Part shown: in pieces, positions 55,722 through 57,837 of the stretch
How positions within the stretch are numbered: position 1 is the stretch's first letter
How the letters are laid out: each line of letters starts with the position of its first letter
Assembly (NCBI GenBank): GCA_031265685.1
Contig: JAISCI010000116.1
Location: forward strand, 1 to 57,837
Origin: Clostridiales bacterium
GTDB lineage: Bacteria > Bacillota > Clostridia > Lachnospirales > WRAX01
Reading direction: 5' to 3'
Length of the DNA: 57,837 bases
Program-made: the position numbers and the translations under genes
The notes under the pieces: generated by a model
What the model saw: only the letters and a program-made list of their open reading frames with translations
What the model was told of the DNA's origin: nothing
Databases searched by the model: none

Positions 55722-55905
55722 ATGGACAACAAGATGCGAATCGACGATTTGCCCGAAGCGAAATATCAAGTGTTATTCGGAGTACGCAAAGCGACGTTTG
55801 ACGCAATGCTCGCAATTCTCGCTCGCGCATACGAGAAAATGCGCAAAAAAAGGCGGACGGAAGCGGAAACTCAGTGTGCTTGATATGCTTGTAAGTTTGT
55901 TAAAA
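55722..55905 (+). pseudogene. N-terminal HTH fragment of an IS5-group (DDE_Tnp_4 / HTH_Tnp_4-like) transposase, frameshifted and truncated
   Basis: MDNKMRIDDLPEAKYQVLFGVRKATFDAMLAILARAYEKMRKK is followed, after a shift at an A-run, by GGRKRKLSVLDMLV. No DDE domain follows. Confidence 0.45.
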
Positions 55906-56690
55906 AAGCGCTCGGCGAAGCGCGCTCCTTGTACTGAGCAAGGCCGAGTCCGTTCCTTTCTGTGGAATGAGAGGCGTCGCCCTGATAGAATTTATCAAAA
56001 ACATGAGCCTTTACTTCTTCGGTCATACCATGACCCGAATCCTTTACCTTGATAATAATATAGCCGCCCTCTTTTCGGAATGTCAATTCTATTTTGCCGT
56101 TAGGCTCGGTAAATTTAACGGCATTGGAAATCAAATTATTCCAAACAATCTCTAATAAGGATTCGTCATAGCTCACAATTACGTCTTCAACATCAATATT
56201 GAAATCGATATTCTTGCTTTGCCATTGCTCCATAAATTGCAAGGCGCACCGCCGCAACTGCTCGCCAAGCTGAAAAGGCGTTGCCGTAGGATATATCTCC
56301 TGATTTTCAAGTTTATTGAGCTTCAATATATTTGTTATCATTGAAGTCCTCGACCAACACTTCAATTTCGTCCTTTTTACCATCCTTGCGCAACGGCTCA
56401 ATCCTGACGCTGAAATCACCTCTGGCAATCTGTCGAGCGGCTTTAGCAATTTTACGTAACGGGTTGCCGTAGAAATATCTTTGGGCGACTTCTAAAATGA
56501 CGGTAACGGTTATGACCGACAGCAAAATGTGGCGGATCAACACGGCATAAAAAAGCATAGAGTCTCCGAGAGTTCGTTGCAATAAAAAGTAATATCCGAT
56601 TAACATGGCGTTGATAAATAACCAGACGACAAGATAATGCTTGAACGAAATCATTCCGGCGTTTATGCGTCTGTCTTTTTCACGCTTCAT
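55871..56690 (-). pseudogene. Sensor histidine kinase remnant: TM plus HAMP in one frame, HATPase_c in another, H-box region missing
   Basis: ORF 56313-56690 gives TM helices and a HAMP domain (PLRKIAKAARQIARGDFSVRIEP...EIEVLVEDFN). ORF 55871-56449 gives LLEIVWNNLISNAVKF and KDSGHGM...NGLGL. The frames differ, there is no HELKTPL-type H-box, and the C-terminal end diverges. Confidence 0.65.
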
Positions 56691-56990
56691 TTCACCACTG
56701 CCTTATAACCGAATCCATACACGGTACGGTCAGCGTTACGCGCGATCTGTCGCGGCTGTATCTGCTGACGGCGCGAAACGGCGGGGAATATCTGGAATAT
56801 CCGTACTCCTCGACGATCGGTCAGGCGCGGGTCACGGTCTCCGATGGCTGGACGATTGCGCGCCGGCAGCAGGAGATATTCCATTGCAAACTGATCGGCG
56901 GCACGATGATCGTGCTTTCGGCTATGATCTCGCCCGTGGACGCGACGGTAGGCACGCTGACGCGCGGCACAACCCGTCACCGAATCCAGT
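56690..56990 (-). pseudogene. OmpR-family response regulator remnant (C-terminal winged-helix traces only)
   Basis: ...TVYGFGYK ends the ORF just upstream of the kinase remnant. The upstream winged-helix motifs are spread over several frames. The receiver domain is absent, and a REP-family word sits at 57011-57035. Confidence 0.35.
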
Positions 56991-57149
56991 TCTACGCCGT
57001 ACAAACAAACTCCGTCCATGCGAAAATTCATGGCGGCCGATTTCAATTATATTGCTATGCCGATTTTTTCGGGTAAGAAATCCGGCAAGCTCTAATACAA
57101 AAGCCCCGGAAACCATCCCGGAGCTCAGCAAAGATTTTTTTGACTCCTA

Positions 57150-57566
57150 TCACTTGCCTGATTTTCTGAAATTAATCCCTATCATACCGCCAAGCCCGCC
57201 GCCCGCTACCGACAACGCTATAATCGTAGCCATGCGGGCATCCGGGGAAAAACTCTTTGTAAAGAGGATCCCGAACAGGATCCATAGTACCGCGTAAATA
57301 CCACCGGCAATCATGCCCCAGAACCATCCGCCGCCGTTAGCACCCTTTGCCGCGTCGAACCCGGCGACAAGCACAGCTACGACGCTGGTAATCGTAACGA
57401 AAAGCGGAACACTGTCTTCTGAAAATCCAGTAAATCTTAGCATTACCGCGCAAACCACGAACGCTATACATGTAATCGCATAGGCGATGAGCGTTCCGAA
57501 AAACAACGCCTTAATCGGCACGGCGCTTTCCCTCGGCGGCGCGTCGGCTTCAATGCGCATAATCAT
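57150..57566 (-). CDS. Small multi-TM membrane protein (TIGR04086-like)
   Basis: The 138-aa protein has 4 hydrophobic helices and Gly-rich motifs (GANGGGWFWGMIAGGIYA, AGGGLGGMIG). Confidence 0.65.
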   Translation of the reverse strand: MIMRIEADAPPRESAVPIKALFFGTLIAYAITCIAFVVCAVMLRFTGFSEDSVPLFVTITSVVAVLVAGFDAAKGANGGGWFWGMIAGGIYAVLWILFGILFTKSFSPDARMATIIALSVAGGGLGGMIGINFRKSGK

Positions 57567-57664
57567 ACCTCCCCGAGAATGTACATATTATATATTACTG
57601 TTCCCAAGAGACCGGTATGACAAGAACGGCAGAATCTTGGATCTGTTGAGCGCCGTGTAACATT

Positions 57665-57837
57665 TGTAAATGTCAACTGAAAAATCACCCACCCAATATA
57701 ATTGAAAAATCACCCACCCAATATAATTGAAAAATCACCCACCCCCAAAACAAAGCGCGAATTTAAGCGGTCTTCGTTTTGGGGGTGGGTGATTTTTCAA
57801 TTATATTGGGTGGGTGATTTTTCAGTTGACATTTACA
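57665..57837. repeat. Long hairpin palindrome at the window end (about 60-80 bp arms, 26-nt loop, one extra 25-bp unit on the left arm)
   Basis: The left arm is TGTAAATGTCAACTGAAAAATCACCCACCC(AATATAATTGAAAAATCACCCACCC)x2..CCAAAAC. The right arm is GTTTTGGGGGTGGGTGATTTTTCAATTATATTGGGTGGGTGATTTTTCAGTTGACATTTACA. The right arm is identical to 56-117. Confidence 0.9.

Overview
This is a GC-rich Bacillota (Clostridia-like) chromosomal segment with four parts.

(1) 1-1400: remnants of a mobile element. There are two serine-recombinase fragments next to a long hairpin palindrome. That palindrome recurs, loop-flipped, at the far end of the window.

(2) 1600-15800: housekeeping genes. These are a HlyD-family adaptor, tig-clpP-clpX, an ArAE/FUSC-like membrane protein, ispD, htpG, a mannitol-dehydrogenase-family gene and glnS. 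A lower-GC islet at 7270-9383 interrupts them and encodes a papain-like peptidase-like protein.

(3) 15840-19700: a decayed integration site. It holds a tyrosine-integrase pseudogene split by a composite palindrome, a 3' half of tRNA-Gly(CCC) and low-GC cargo. The cargo includes a glycosidase gene with two in-frame stop codons.

(4) 19858-48104: the main item, a 28-kb array of 27 genes all on the minus strand, with gaps of 64 nt or less except one 182-nt gap holding a repeat element, and several overlapping stop/start codons.
- It contains a T7SSb-type core: EssC with two FHA domains, YukD/EsaB, and four WXG100-like proteins.
- I see no recognisable EsaA, EssA or EssB.
- Instead the core is wired to a PP2C phosphatase, a vWA-TM-FHA protein and a Hanks kinase with an extracellular TPR domain.
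- It also carries a 1297-aa membrane-anchored vWA protein, an Ig-like protein, a TPR-LRR protein and four zinc-ribbon proteins.
- Four lipoproteins share one N-terminal TPR module but have unrelated C-termini.
- A 799-aa protein combines a lipase-like domain, a TM region and a CHAP domain, and is a candidate effector.
- An inverted-repeat-flanked 117-bp segment beside a small tyrosine recombinase sits at the head of the array. It is a candidate invertible promoter.

The right end carries trxA, a MATE exporter, an ABC-F ATPase, a flavoprotein, and a decayed zone with histidine-kinase, response-regulator and IS fragments.

A dispersed family of short hairpin (REP/MITE-like) repeats built from GAATTT(T)GC-type words fills many intergenic regions and appears to have split at least two genes.

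All calls come from reading the sequence and translations. No database search was run.
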